Assembly: GCA_002897695.1 (NCBI GenBank) | Contig: BDTG01000046.1 | Coordinates: 35,411-99,410 of the forward strand | DNA from: a bacterium BMS3Abin14 | GTDB lineage: Bacteria; BMS3Abin14 | Length of the DNA stretch: 64,000 nucleotides | Reading direction: 5' to 3' | Shown: piece by piece, positions 1-8,798 of the stretch | Numbering within the stretch: position 1 is the stretch's first letter | Layout of the letters: the number at the start of each line of letters is the position of its first letter | Notes under the pieces: model-generated | The model's database searches: none | The model's input: only the letters and a program-made list of their open reading frames with translations | What the model was told of the DNA's origin: nothing | Program-made: the position numbers and the translations under genes

Positions 1-163
1 TCGCTCCTTTCACGAAAGCATCGTCGGTTCTAAGGTGAGCACGCGAATACCCGCGATACCATAACCCTGCGACCAGTCCTATGATCACCACCATTGTGAA
101 AATGGCGAAGGCCATGCGCTTTTTTTTGCCGTTCTTCCCCGGTGCGGGTGCCGTTTCCGTCAT
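1..163 (-). CDS. HlyD/EmrA-type efflux membrane-fusion protein, N-terminal fragment (runs off the window)
   Basis: Manual translation from the ATG at 163 (GGAGG upstream) gives MTETAPAPGKNGKKKRMAFAIFTMVVIIGLVAGLWYRGYSRAHLRTDDAFVKGA: a basic N-terminus, one TM helix and the TDDA(F/Y)V motif of EmrA-like adaptors. It follows tolC. Confidence 0.8.
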   Translation of the reverse strand, partial: MTETAPAPGKNGKKKRMAFAIFTMVVIIGLVAGLWYRGYSRAHLRTDDAFVKGA

Positions 164-175
164 CTCAAACCTCCA

Positions 176-1486
176 TCATTTTCCATGGTTATATGCTTCA
201 ACAAGGTCCAAGCCCTGGGCAAAAATAAGGAGCGCCGTTTCCCGCTGCAGTCCGTAAAGGGCGCTCCAGTAACTGGTTTTGGCCCGCGCCAGCAATGTCA
301 CAGAATCCTGGACGCCGGTGGCGGTGGATTCACCTTCCTCGTAGCGCAGGGTCAGTAGCCTCAGGTTCTCCTCTGCCTGTTTCACCCCATCCTGCGCAGC
401 CGCCAATCGTTCATCCGCGCTCCTCAACCCGAGGACTGCCTCCCTGACCTCCAGTCCCACCCTCCCGACTGCGGCCTCTCTCTCTACCCTCAGCGCATCC
501 AGTTGGGCCTCGGCCTGCCTGAGTTTTGCGCCCATTCTCCCACCTGAGTAAAGGTTCAGAGTTACCCCGGCCGTCAAATTCCAGTTGGACTCATGGACCA
601 TATACTCGTTCTCCTCATAATCGAATCCTCCATTAAGGGAGATGGTCGGATAGGACGAAGCCCGGAGAGAGCGGACGGTCGCCTCCTTTGCCTCGATCCT
701 TGATTGCAGTTCCCTCAATTCCGGCCGCAGATTCTCAGCAGTACGGGTGGCCAGATCGAGATCCGGTTTCGGATAAAATGTGGCTGTGGAGATCTCATCC
801 GGCTTTACCTGTGCCGACAGGGGACGGAGAAGGAGGTTGTTGACCACCGATGCCCGGACGGAAAGGGCGCTTTGGGCGGAGACTTTTTTTTGCATGGCGT
901 CCGAAAGGACAACCTTGGCTCGCAGGAGATCGTTCACGGTTACGAGACCCTCCTCGTACATCGCCTTTGCCTCTCCCATGTGGCTTTCGTACCGGCTGAC
1001 CTCGTCCTGGGCCACATCCAGCTGTTTTTCAGCCTCCAGAAGGGCGATGTAGGCCATTATGAAATCGCGTGCGACAGCGTTCCGCGTTGTTTCGGTACTG
1101 AATCCCTGCGCCCTGGACCTCAGGGCGGCGGCCCTGAGCGAGGATGAACTTCTCCCGAAATCGTAGAGGAGCTGACTCGCCCTGAAACCGTAGGACAGTG
1201 AGTTCTTGTCGGCCACGGGAACCGGGCCGGACGGACCGAAACGGGCCTCCGGCTGATAGGCGAGCAATGACTGCCTCGCGAACAGCGCCACTTGGGGAAG
1301 CCGCTTTGAACGGGAAAGTGATATTTCCTCCGCGGCGGCATCCTGATTGGCAGCGGCAATTTGAACCCTTCTGCCCCTGGAAGTGACGATCCCCAGCCCC
1401 TCCTGGAGCGTCAGTGCATGGCCGGTGCCTGGAACGGTCCACGGCAGCAGCAAAACCAACAGTAAAATCAGCAATGAGCGTCTCAT
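176..1486 (-). CDS. TolC-family outer membrane efflux protein
   Basis: 436 aa, signal peptide, two OEP-like repeats (SRSKRLPQV / RASSYPTISL, LNLYSGG), operon context. Confidence 0.9.
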   Translation of the reverse strand: MRRSLLILLLVLLLPWTVPGTGHALTLQEGLGIVTSRGRRVQIAAANQDAAAEEISLSRSKRLPQVALFARQSLLAYQPEARFGPSGPVPVADKNSLSYGFRASQLLYDFGRSSSSLRAAALRSRAQGFSTETTRNAVARDFIMAYIALLEAEKQLDVAQDEVSRYESHMGEAKAMYEEGLVTVNDLLRAKVVLSDAMQKKVSAQSALSVRASVVNNLLLRPLSAQVKPDEISTATFYPKPDLDLATRTAENLRPELRELQSRIEAKEATVRSLRASSYPTISLNGGFDYEENEYMVHESNWNLTAGVTLNLYSGGRMGAKLRQAEAQLDALRVEREAAVGRVGLEVREAVLGLRSADERLAAAQDGVKQAEENLRLLTLRYEEGESTATGVQDSVTLLARAKTSYWSALYGLQRETALLIFAQGLDLVEAYNHGK

Positions 1487-1498
1487 GTCAGCCTCTTC

Positions 1499-2104
1499 CT
1501 ACTCCTTATTGTCCTGCACGATAATTCCGTTCATGAAGATGTCCACGAAATCCTTGACGGTCCCGGCGACCTCCATGGGCGGAAGTTCCCGTCCCCTTAT
1601 GATGCACTCCACCACAAAGTGGGAAAAAAGCGTTCGCAGAAATATCCTCGCCGCCGTGCCTGAATCCAATTGCCGCATCTTCCCTTCAGCCCTCAGGCCC
1701 TCAAGATACCCCTCAACGGCCTTTTCCATGTCCCTGACGAATCGCATGTGAACACGCCGCACCTTTTCGGGGTAGGTGTTGAATTCGGAGAGGATGATCC
1801 TGACCATCCTTTTCCTCTCCTTGAGAGTCTCGACATATTGGATTCCGATGGTCTCCAGAGCTTCCCGGCAAGACATTCCCTGAACCTCTTCCAGGAGGTG
1901 GATGAGCCGGGGAAGAAATGTACGGGAATTTAAGACCTCCTCGAAAAGCGCTTCCTTCTTTCCAAAATGCCGGAACAGTGTAAGCTCCGAGACCTCGGCC
2001 AGGTTGGCTATCTCACGGGTAGAGGCGCCGAGATATCCTTTTTCGGATATCAGTTCCAGTGTTGCCTCGATGAGTTTTTCCTTTGTATCGGACTTCTCAG
2101 CCAT
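1499..2104 (-). CDS. TetR/AcrR-family transcriptional regulator
   Basis: HTH motif GYLGASTREIANLAEVSELTLFRHFGKKEALF. Likely start ATG 2104; the ORF extends to 2134. Confidence 0.92.
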   Translation of the reverse strand: MAEKSDTKEKLIEATLELISEKGYLGASTREIANLAEVSELTLFRHFGKKEALFEEVLNSRTFLPRLIHLLEEVQGMSCREALETIGIQYVETLKERKRMVRIILSEFNTYPEKVRRVHMRFVRDMEKAVEGYLEGLRAEGKMRQLDSGTAARIFLRTLFSHFVVECIIRGRELPPMEVAGTVKDFVDIFMNGIIVQDNKE

Positions 2105-2161
2105 ATTAAGTATTTCTGCCTGTTCCGGTTCCAATGTAGATAGGGTCGCAAAAAACCATTA

Positions 2162-2207
2162 ATGTAAGTAAGCGCTTACATAATAGGCGGAGGGAGAAAA
2201 TTGTCAA
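2162..2207 (-). promoter_or_regulatory. sigma70 promoter (TTGACA-N16-TATTAT) overlapping a palindromic TetR operator ATGTAAG-N6-CTTACAT
   Basis: On the minus strand, -35 is at 2202-2207 and -10 at 2180-2185. A perfect 7-bp inverted repeat (2162-2168 / 2175-2181) lies directly upstream of tetR. Confidence 0.7.
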
Positions 2208-2373
2208 GCCGGTTGGGACAGGAAAAACGGGCCTGCCGTGACGGCCGTGTGAGGATTATGATATAGTTCTCACGGTGCCACTTGCCGAAGGCAGCCCTTG
2301 CGGCAGTTGAGGGAGACCGTGTGGGAGACACGGTGGAGATGAAGATCGGCAGGACACCGTCAAGGAGGTCGGG

Positions 2374-3249
2374 ATGGGGAAAACAGCGTTGGTACTTAGC
2401 GGCGGGGGCGCCAAGGGCGCCTTCCAGGTAGCAGCGGAAAAGTACGCCAGGGAGGAACACGGCTACCACTGGGACATCATCGCGGGCGTTTCGGTGGGAG
2501 CTCTCAACGGGGCCATGCTGGCCATGGAGAAATTCGACCAGCTCGATCAGCTCTGGAAAACCCTCTCGAACAGGTGCGTTTATACGGGGAAGTGGAACTT
2601 ATGGGCGGCCATCCGGCTCCTGTTTGGAGCCAAATCCATCTATGGCAACGAACCCCTTCGGGAGATCATCGAAAGAGAGGTCGAGCCTGACAAAATCAAG
2701 GCGGACCTGCGTGTGGGCGCGGTTTCCCTCAGCAACGGAAACTACACCATATACCGTAAGGACGATCCCAATCTCAAACATGCCATCCTGGCTTCCACTG
2801 TCATGCCTATTATCTGGCCCCCGCAGCATGTATCTGCAGAATGTCAGTACATGGTCGATGGGTCCCTGAGGAGGTTCAGCCCTATCGGTGATGTTCTTGA
2901 CACGGATCCTGACGAGGTGGTTATCATCAGCTGCAGGCCTCAAAAGCCCGGCATTATTGACAAACCGTTCAAAAACATCCTGGATATCGGGATCCGGACC
3001 TACGACATCGCATCCGACGAAATCGTCTCCGGGGACATCGCGGAGTTCCTGCACATTAACAGAAACGTCCGTGAGGCAGCCAACGGCGGGGTAACCCTTC
3101 ACAACGTCAAGGGCAAAGAGTACAGGGAGTACCGGTGCCGGATCATTGAACCCGTGGAGTCGCTTGGCAGCATGATGGACTTTTCCCACGATGCGATCAA
3201 ACGATCCATGAAAATCGGCAGGGAGAGGGCAAAAGAGATCCTCGGTTAA
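2374..3249 (+). CDS. Patatin-like phospholipase
   Basis: GGGAKG oxyanion motif, GVSVG nucleophile elbow, DGS in place of the usual DGG. Confidence 0.9.
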   Translation: MGKTALVLSGGGAKGAFQVAAEKYAREEHGYHWDIIAGVSVGALNGAMLAMEKFDQLDQLWKTLSNRCVYTGKWNLWAAIRLLFGAKSIYGNEPLREIIEREVEPDKIKADLRVGAVSLSNGNYTIYRKDDPNLKHAILASTVMPIIWPPQHVSAECQYMVDGSLRRFSPIGDVLDTDPDEVVIISCRPQKPGIIDKPFKNILDIGIRTYDIASDEIVSGDIAEFLHINRNVREAANGGVTLHNVKGKEYREYRCRIIEPVESLGSMMDFSHDAIKRSMKIGRERAKEILG

Positions 3250-3273
3250 CCTCGTCAATCAAAGGGCCGCCTT

Positions 3274-5481
3274 TTGGAACATGCCGCAAATAATTTCCTG
3301 ACGGGGTTGAGCCAGCATGCTCTTCTCGTCTACATCTTTATCTTCGTCGTAGCTTTTTCAGAATCGTTCGCCTTTGTCGGCCTCTTCGTCCCCGGCGCCG
3401 TTTTCGCGGTTACCGCCGGGTTCCTCGCCGCGAGGGGGTTATTCGACTTCCAGGCCCTGGCCCTGGCCGGAGCGGCGGGCGCCGTTCTGGCAGACCTCGC
3501 CAGTTATTACCTGGCCCGTTTCTATGGATCGAGAATCACCGGAGGAAAACTCTACGTAAAATATCAACCATACCTGGAGAGGGGAAACAGGTTTATAGAA
3601 AAACACGGCGGCAAGAGCGTCTTCTTCGGACGATTTGTAGGCTTCATTCGCCCCGTAGTCCCATTCCTGGCCGGCCTGCTGAAGATGAATTCGGTCAAAT
3701 TCACCATCTACGCCACTGTGAGCGGGATCCTGTGGGCCTACCTCTATATAGGCGCCGGGTACCTTTTCGGTGAAAGCTGGAAGGTGGTGGAGGCCTGGAC
3801 AGGCAAATTAAGCATCCTTCTCCTTTTGATCGTTATTATCCTTTATTTGGCAAGGCACGTTGCCAGGCTGACGGGAAGGAAGTTGGCAGGTGCCGGAAGT
3901 TTTCTTGGTTCAGTTGTGGGTAGTGTGGCGGCTTCGCTTTCGGAAAATCCGTATGTTTCCGGTTTTTCGTCCCGCCATCCCTCGCTTGCCGGGTTTTTCA
4001 AACGACGATTTGACAAGAACAGTGCTTCGGGCATCCTTCTGACCACCGGTTTCCTGGTTACAGCCTTTTTTTTCTATCTCTTTATCGCCGTGGTTGAGGA
4101 CGTTGTTTTTCACGACCCGTTGACCAGCCTTGACAGGACCATCTTCTACGCCCTGCAGGGTGTCCATTCACGGTTCGCCGACGAGTTCTTCGTCTTTATC
4201 ACCACCATGGGAAGCTCGGTGCCGGTCATGATCTCCTTTCTGGTAATTCTGGGTATCCTGGCAGTCAATCGAAAAAGGCTGGAAGCATTTTTCTTCGCAT
4301 TCAACTTCATCGGTGGCGTGGTTTTTCTCATGGCCATGAAGTATCTCTTCCAGAGACCGCGCCCGGAAGCTATTTATCAGTTCTTCAGTGAAACGACTCC
4401 ATCCTTCCCAAGCGGGCACACTTTCATTGCCACGGCGGTACTGGGGCTCGGGCTCTATTTCCTGATCCGTTTCGTGAGGACCGGCGGCGCTAGAACCGCC
4501 GCAGTCTTTTCCTATCTCCTCTTCATCTTCCTTGTGGGTCTCAGCCGTATTTACCTTGGGGTCCACTGGTTCAGCGACGTGCTGGGGGCCTGTTTCGCCG
4601 GATTCGTCTGGATCAGCATGGTGATCACCTCCTATGAATATGTTATCAAGCGCGACAGTCCAAAAAACAGGGGCGCCGATAGATCAAGGTGGATTCCAGT
4701 GGCAGTTGCCGTTCTGGCCGTATTGGGCGTGGTGGGAAATGTGTCCTACTCCATCCGAAAGACCGGTTCTATTATCAGAAATGTCCAGGTGGTCCCCCCG
4801 GTGGTCAGGAAGTTTTCCGGTGAAATGGGGAAGGTTGTAAGGAAGGAGATCCCACCCTTTACCGAGACCATTCTCGGAAACCGGGCCGCACCTATCCAGG
4901 TGGTTTTTTCAGGGGGCCCGAAATGGACCGAAGGGATTCTCAGGGCTTCCGGCTTCGTCCGTAAAGATGAGATGCGAGTGAGGGACCTTTTCGACTACCT
5001 TGTCATGACCCTGAAACAACGGATCCGGGACCCGTTGCCATCCGTCCTTTACTACTACCGCAACCGCTCCCAGGGGGGCACGTGGGTAAAATCCGGACCG
5101 GACGGCACGTACCCTGAGATGGTCATCCGTTTATGGAACGCACAGACCACGGTGAACGGGTCCCCTGTCTCGGTTGCGACGGTTGATATTGAGAAGGGCC
5201 TCTACCGGGCCCTTCCGTGGCTGGAACTTCCAATCCCCGTCTGCAACGTCTCTCTGCCGGACGCCAGGAGGGAGTTTCGAGCCTACCTTGAGAAGAGGAA
5301 TGTGATATCCCCTATTCCCTCACCTCGGTCCTCTCCCCCGACGGGGAGAGGAAAAACCCGAACAGGGCTCGACATTGAGTCCCTGAAAATCATGGATTCC
5401 GTGGTGGGAAGGAATATCCTTCACCAGCAATACTACTGGGATGGGAAGATCCTGCTGGTGAGGCCCACCGGGGTTCCATGA
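3274..5481 (+). CDS. Bifunctional DedA / PAP2 phosphatase membrane protein with an LssY-like C-terminal domain
   Basis: DedA motifs (ESFAFVGLFVPG, FGRFVGFIRP), intact PAP2 motifs (RPRP, SFPSGH, SRIYLGVHWFSDV), soluble C-terminal domain. Confidence 0.85.
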   Translation: MEHAANNFLTGLSQHALLVYIFIFVVAFSESFAFVGLFVPGAVFAVTAGFLAARGLFDFQALALAGAAGAVLADLASYYLARFYGSRITGGKLYVKYQPYLERGNRFIEKHGGKSVFFGRFVGFIRPVVPFLAGLLKMNSVKFTIYATVSGILWAYLYIGAGYLFGESWKVVEAWTGKLSILLLLIVIILYLARHVARLTGRKLAGAGSFLGSVVGSVAASLSENPYVSGFSSRHPSLAGFFKRRFDKNSASGILLTTGFLVTAFFFYLFIAVVEDVVFHDPLTSLDRTIFYALQGVHSRFADEFFVFITTMGSSVPVMISFLVILGILAVNRKRLEAFFFAFNFIGGVVFLMAMKYLFQRPRPEAIYQFFSETTPSFPSGHTFIATAVLGLGLYFLIRFVRTGGARTAAVFSYLLFIFLVGLSRIYLGVHWFSDVLGACFAGFVWISMVITSYEYVIKRDSPKNRGADRSRWIPVAVAVLAVLGVVGNVSYSIRKTGSIIRNVQVVPPVVRKFSGEMGKVVRKEIPPFTETILGNRAAPIQVVFSGGPKWTEGILRASGFVRKDEMRVRDLFDYLVMTLKQRIRDPLPSVLYYYRNRSQGGTWVKSGPDGTYPEMVIRLWNAQTTVNGSPVSVATVDIEKGLYRALPWLELPIPVCNVSLPDARREFRAYLEKRNVISPIPSPRSSPPTGRGKTRTGLDIESLKIMDSVVGRNILHQQYYWDGKILLVRPTGVP
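5317..5353. repeat. REP-like palindrome (CCCTCACC...CCTCTCCC-type) inside the DedA-PAP2 CDS
   Basis: Perfect 10-bp stem TCCTCTCCCC-CGAC-GGGGAGAGGA (5329-5352), preceded by CCCTCACC. Confidence 0.65.
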
Positions 5482-5732
5482 GGCCGGCAAGCGAATGTTT
5501 GCGGCATATTTTCGGTCCGGTTCTGAAACACCCGTTCGATAATCGAACACCCCATGCGGGGACAAATCTGATCTTCGCTTCATTGCTGCATCGCGCAACA
5601 CACTGATAACATTAAAATATTTCCTTTTTACCATTCACCGCTCTTCAGTGGCCCGCCTCTTGCTCTGTTGACCATCGACAGTGGGCATCAGAACCACGAC
5701 CATATCAACCATATTTTCTCAGGAGGTGGGAC

Positions 5733-6110
5733 ATGAACGAGTATCAGAGCAGTGAAGTGGAGACAGACGAAAGCCGGGCCTGTCTCGTGCTGGAAGATGG
5801 AGGACGCCTGGAACTTACAGGCGATGAGATCGTCATCGGCCGGATGGATCCCCTGGAGGACATTCATCCGGATATAGATCTTGGCGCCCTGGGCGGCCTG
5901 GAAATGGGTGTCTCACGACGCCACGCCGCGATTTTCCTGGAGGACGAAAAATTCTCGCTGGAGGATCTTGGCAGCGCCAACGGAACTATTATCAATCGCG
6001 AGAGGGTCCAGGCCGGCGACAGGGTTACGCTCAACGAGGGGGACGTTATTTACCTGGGACGGTTTAAAGCCGTCTTCCAGGCATCCCACAACGATGGAGG
6101 TTCACTATGA
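5733..6110 (+). CDS. Stand-alone FHA-domain protein
   Basis: Canonical FHA residues IGR, VSRRHA and GSANGT. AGGAGG RBS. ATGA overlap with the next gene. Confidence 0.9.
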   Translation: MNEYQSSEVETDESRACLVLEDGGRLELTGDEIVIGRMDPLEDIHPDIDLGALGGLEMGVSRRHAAIFLEDEKFSLEDLGSANGTIINRERVQAGDRVTLNEGDVIYLGRFKAVFQASHNDGGSL

Positions 6111-8224
6111 AAGCCATAGGCAACAGGGTTGCCAGAATGTCGTTCGTCGGGTGCAGTGCGGCCCTCTGCGCAGCTTTACCCCTGGGGTTGATCCTGTCCC
6201 TCTCGCCCGGTGCATCCCTGCTGGCCGTACTTTTCGGTTTCATCGTCGGGGGCGCCCTCGCCGGTTTTCTAACGGCGTTCGATCTCCTGTGGACCCAGCG
6301 AAACGGTGAACTGGTCAATCGCGTGCTGCAAGCGGTGGCTGCGGGTTCCACGGGCGGCGCATTGGGCGCATGGCTGGGTCAGGTTCTGTTTCGTCTGTGG
6401 GGAAACCGTCTCGTGGCCGGCCCTGCCGCGGGAATTATCCTCCCTCTGTCTTTCGGAACGGCAGTCGGCTGGGGAGTGACAGGCCTTGGGGTCGGTCTGG
6501 CCATTACGCTTCCTTTCCAATCCGCCAGACCCCGTTGGCTCATCGCCGCCATCGGCGGAACGGTGGGCGGCGCGGTGGGTGGTCTGTTGATGCAGTTCCT
6601 GCAGCCGCTAATGGGTCCCGTAAGCCTGATCTTCGGCCTGCCCGTGTTTGGCGCGGCTGTTGGATTCGGCATTTCGTGGGCTGAAAGGGCGCTTTCATCC
6701 CTGCGCCTTCAGATACTCGAGGGTCCCGGGCGGGGATCGGAGTTTACCCTTGGGAAAAATACCCTCATAGGAAGCGAGGGGAAATGCACCGTCCGCCTGA
6801 CCGAAGCCGGGGTGGCGCCCAGGCATGCCCGCATTTTCCGCAAGGGGAGCGGGCTTTTCTTCGAAGATCTGGGCTCATCGGCAGGAAGCGTCCTGAACGA
6901 ACGCAAGGTGGCAGGCACGGCAGCCGGTGTTTCCCATGGCGACCTGATCACCATCGGCAAAACACTTCTGCGGGTCAATGCTCCCGGTCTGAAAACAGGC
7001 ATGGCTTCCACCGCCTCCCTGGCAGCACTCGCGGGGCTGTGCATCATGGGCCTTTTCCCGGCTCCATCTGCCGCTTCCGGGCTGAATGCAGCTTCGGCCG
7101 GCCGGCTCGCCCGCATCACCCAGGTTGACACGTCAAGATACCCTGTCGTGGATCTTTACGCCGTGCTTCCGGGCGACCTGAGGCCAGGAAGCATCCATGG
7201 CCTGGCCGTGCTGGAGGGAAAGAAGGAAACGTCTCTTCTCGAGGTGAGGGACCTTAAAAAGGGTTCCAGGGATGCCCCGCTCTCCATCTCCATCGTCCTT
7301 GACACGAGCTCAAGCATGCGAGGCCGGAAACTGGCCGAGGCCAAGGACGCCGTATACAGGTTTTCCAGGAGCATCCCCACTGAGGCCAGGATCAACCTCA
7401 TATCATTCAACGATGCCGTCCATGTAATATCGACCGGGCTTCCGGCGAGCCTCATCTACAGGAACGTCGCGGATCTCTCCGCCTCGGGACATACAGCGTT
7501 GTTCGACGGAATTGTCACGGGGTCCAACCTGATCCGCAACGAAGCCGGAAGAAAGGTGGTCATAACACTGACCGATGGCATGGCAAACAGAGGTGAAAGC
7601 TCCATGGGAGACGCGGTTGCAGCCGCTGAAAATGATGGGGTAAGCCTTCTTTTCGTAGGGCTTGGCCCGGATGCCAGACGTGTGAGATTGGGCGATATGG
7701 CCGCCAGAACAGGAGGAAGAGCGGTATTTACCTCGGATCCATCCGAGCTTTCAACCCTGTTTGAGACCTACGCTGCGGAACTTTCCAGGGAGGTGCTTGT
7801 CCGGTACCGTTCAACCATTCCGGACGCTCCTGTTGTGCCTGTGACACTACGCCTTACATCGGGGAACACTGAGTCCATTCTCAACGCACGCTACCTGTCT
7901 CCCCGGGCCTCCTTCATGGGGACATCCGGTACATCCTCCTGGGTTCTCTTTCTACTCGGATTTATCGGGCCGGTGGGGCTTCTCGCCGCTGGACGCCTTA
8001 CATCCTACAATATGGCCAAGGATCCGTTTCTTCTCGTGGAGGGTTCCTCCAGAGCGACCCGTCTCATCACCAGGGTCCTTTCCAACGATGGAATGACGGT
8101 TCCGATGTCCATCGGCGGCAAGACTGTTCTCGTCAACAACCAACCCGTAAAGGGCACCCGCACCCTAAGGAGTGGAGAGGCCCTGACCTGGGGCGACACA
8201 ACCATCCTGTTCAGAAAGGGTTGA
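6107..8224 (+). CDS. Multi-pass membrane protein with a degenerate FHA domain, a vWA domain and a C-terminal FHA-like tail
   Basis: Gly-rich TM region (about aa 10-190), FHA-like segment (GVAPRHARI, EDLGS), hydrophobic segment, vWA with intact MIDAS (DTSSS, HTALFD, LTDG), a further TM, then LVNNQPV...LRSGEALTWG. Confidence 0.8.
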   Translation: MKAIGNRVARMSFVGCSAALCAALPLGLILSLSPGASLLAVLFGFIVGGALAGFLTAFDLLWTQRNGELVNRVLQAVAAGSTGGALGAWLGQVLFRLWGNRLVAGPAAGIILPLSFGTAVGWGVTGLGVGLAITLPFQSARPRWLIAAIGGTVGGAVGGLLMQFLQPLMGPVSLIFGLPVFGAAVGFGISWAERALSSLRLQILEGPGRGSEFTLGKNTLIGSEGKCTVRLTEAGVAPRHARIFRKGSGLFFEDLGSSAGSVLNERKVAGTAAGVSHGDLITIGKTLLRVNAPGLKTGMASTASLAALAGLCIMGLFPAPSAASGLNAASAGRLARITQVDTSRYPVVDLYAVLPGDLRPGSIHGLAVLEGKKETSLLEVRDLKKGSRDAPLSISIVLDTSSSMRGRKLAEAKDAVYRFSRSIPTEARINLISFNDAVHVISTGLPASLIYRNVADLSASGHTALFDGIVTGSNLIRNEAGRKVVITLTDGMANRGESSMGDAVAAAENDGVSLLFVGLGPDARRVRLGDMAARTGGRAVFTSDPSELSTLFETYAAELSREVLVRYRSTIPDAPVVPVTLRLTSGNTESILNARYLSPRASFMGTSGTSSWVLFLLGFIGPVGLLAAGRLTSYNMAKDPFLLVEGSSRATRLITRVLSNDGMTVPMSIGGKTVLVNNQPVKGTRTLRSGEALTWGDTTILFRKG

Positions 8225-8359
8225 TGATTTGCTATAGACCATATTGCCGCTGGTTTGACCTCTTCTCCCAACTATGATAGCTAAAAAAGGGCTTTTTCCG
8301 ACGTGTACGGCGCCTCTCCGGTGCCGGCACGATTCCTTCTACAGTTGGGGTTGATGCCG

Positions 8360-8776
8360 ATGCCTATTGACGACAAAAACGACTTTTTCCCTACCCAGAC
8401 CATCCCCAAAAGGAGAGGAGCAGCCAAACCGGACCGGCCGGCTAAAGCATACATGGCTGTTCTCACCGGCGCCAAGGCAGGCAGTCAGTATCCATTGTTG
8501 AACGACAGGCAGACGGTCATCGGCCGATCCCCTGGTTGTGAAATACATATCGACGACCCCGACGCGTCCCGTCGGCACGCCGCCGTTCAACCCTTCGGAA
8601 ATGACTACTACCTCATGGACATGGGCAGCACAAACGGGACATTGGTTAACGGAAAGCCTGTTGAGAAGCGCATTCTCAAACACGGCGACAAGATCACCCT
8701 TGGCAAACAGGTCCTTCAATTCATCATCCTCGGCCCGGATGGGGGACCTTATGCCGGCGAGTTAATGAAAGGCTAG
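8360..8776 (+). CDS. Stand-alone FHA-domain protein with an N-terminal Thr-containing tail
   Basis: IGRS, ASRRHA, GSTNGT. Start ATG 8360 (or 8354); the ORF extends to 8303. Confidence 0.88.
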   Translation: MPIDDKNDFFPTQTIPKRRGAAKPDRPAKAYMAVLTGAKAGSQYPLLNDRQTVIGRSPGCEIHIDDPDASRRHAAVQPFGNDYYLMDMGSTNGTLVNGKPVEKRILKHGDKITLGKQVLQFIILGPDGGPYAGELMKG

Positions 8777-8798
8777 GAGCAAAAATCCTGCACGTCAT

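Noticed and set aside
2374-3249. Patatin as a CBASS/CapV-type defence effector
   Set aside because: No CD-NTase, E1/E2 or other defence gene nearby; the context is lipid and membrane metabolism.
8255-8278. Internal promoter TTGACC...TATGAT before the second FHA gene
   Set aside because: The spacer is only 12 nt.
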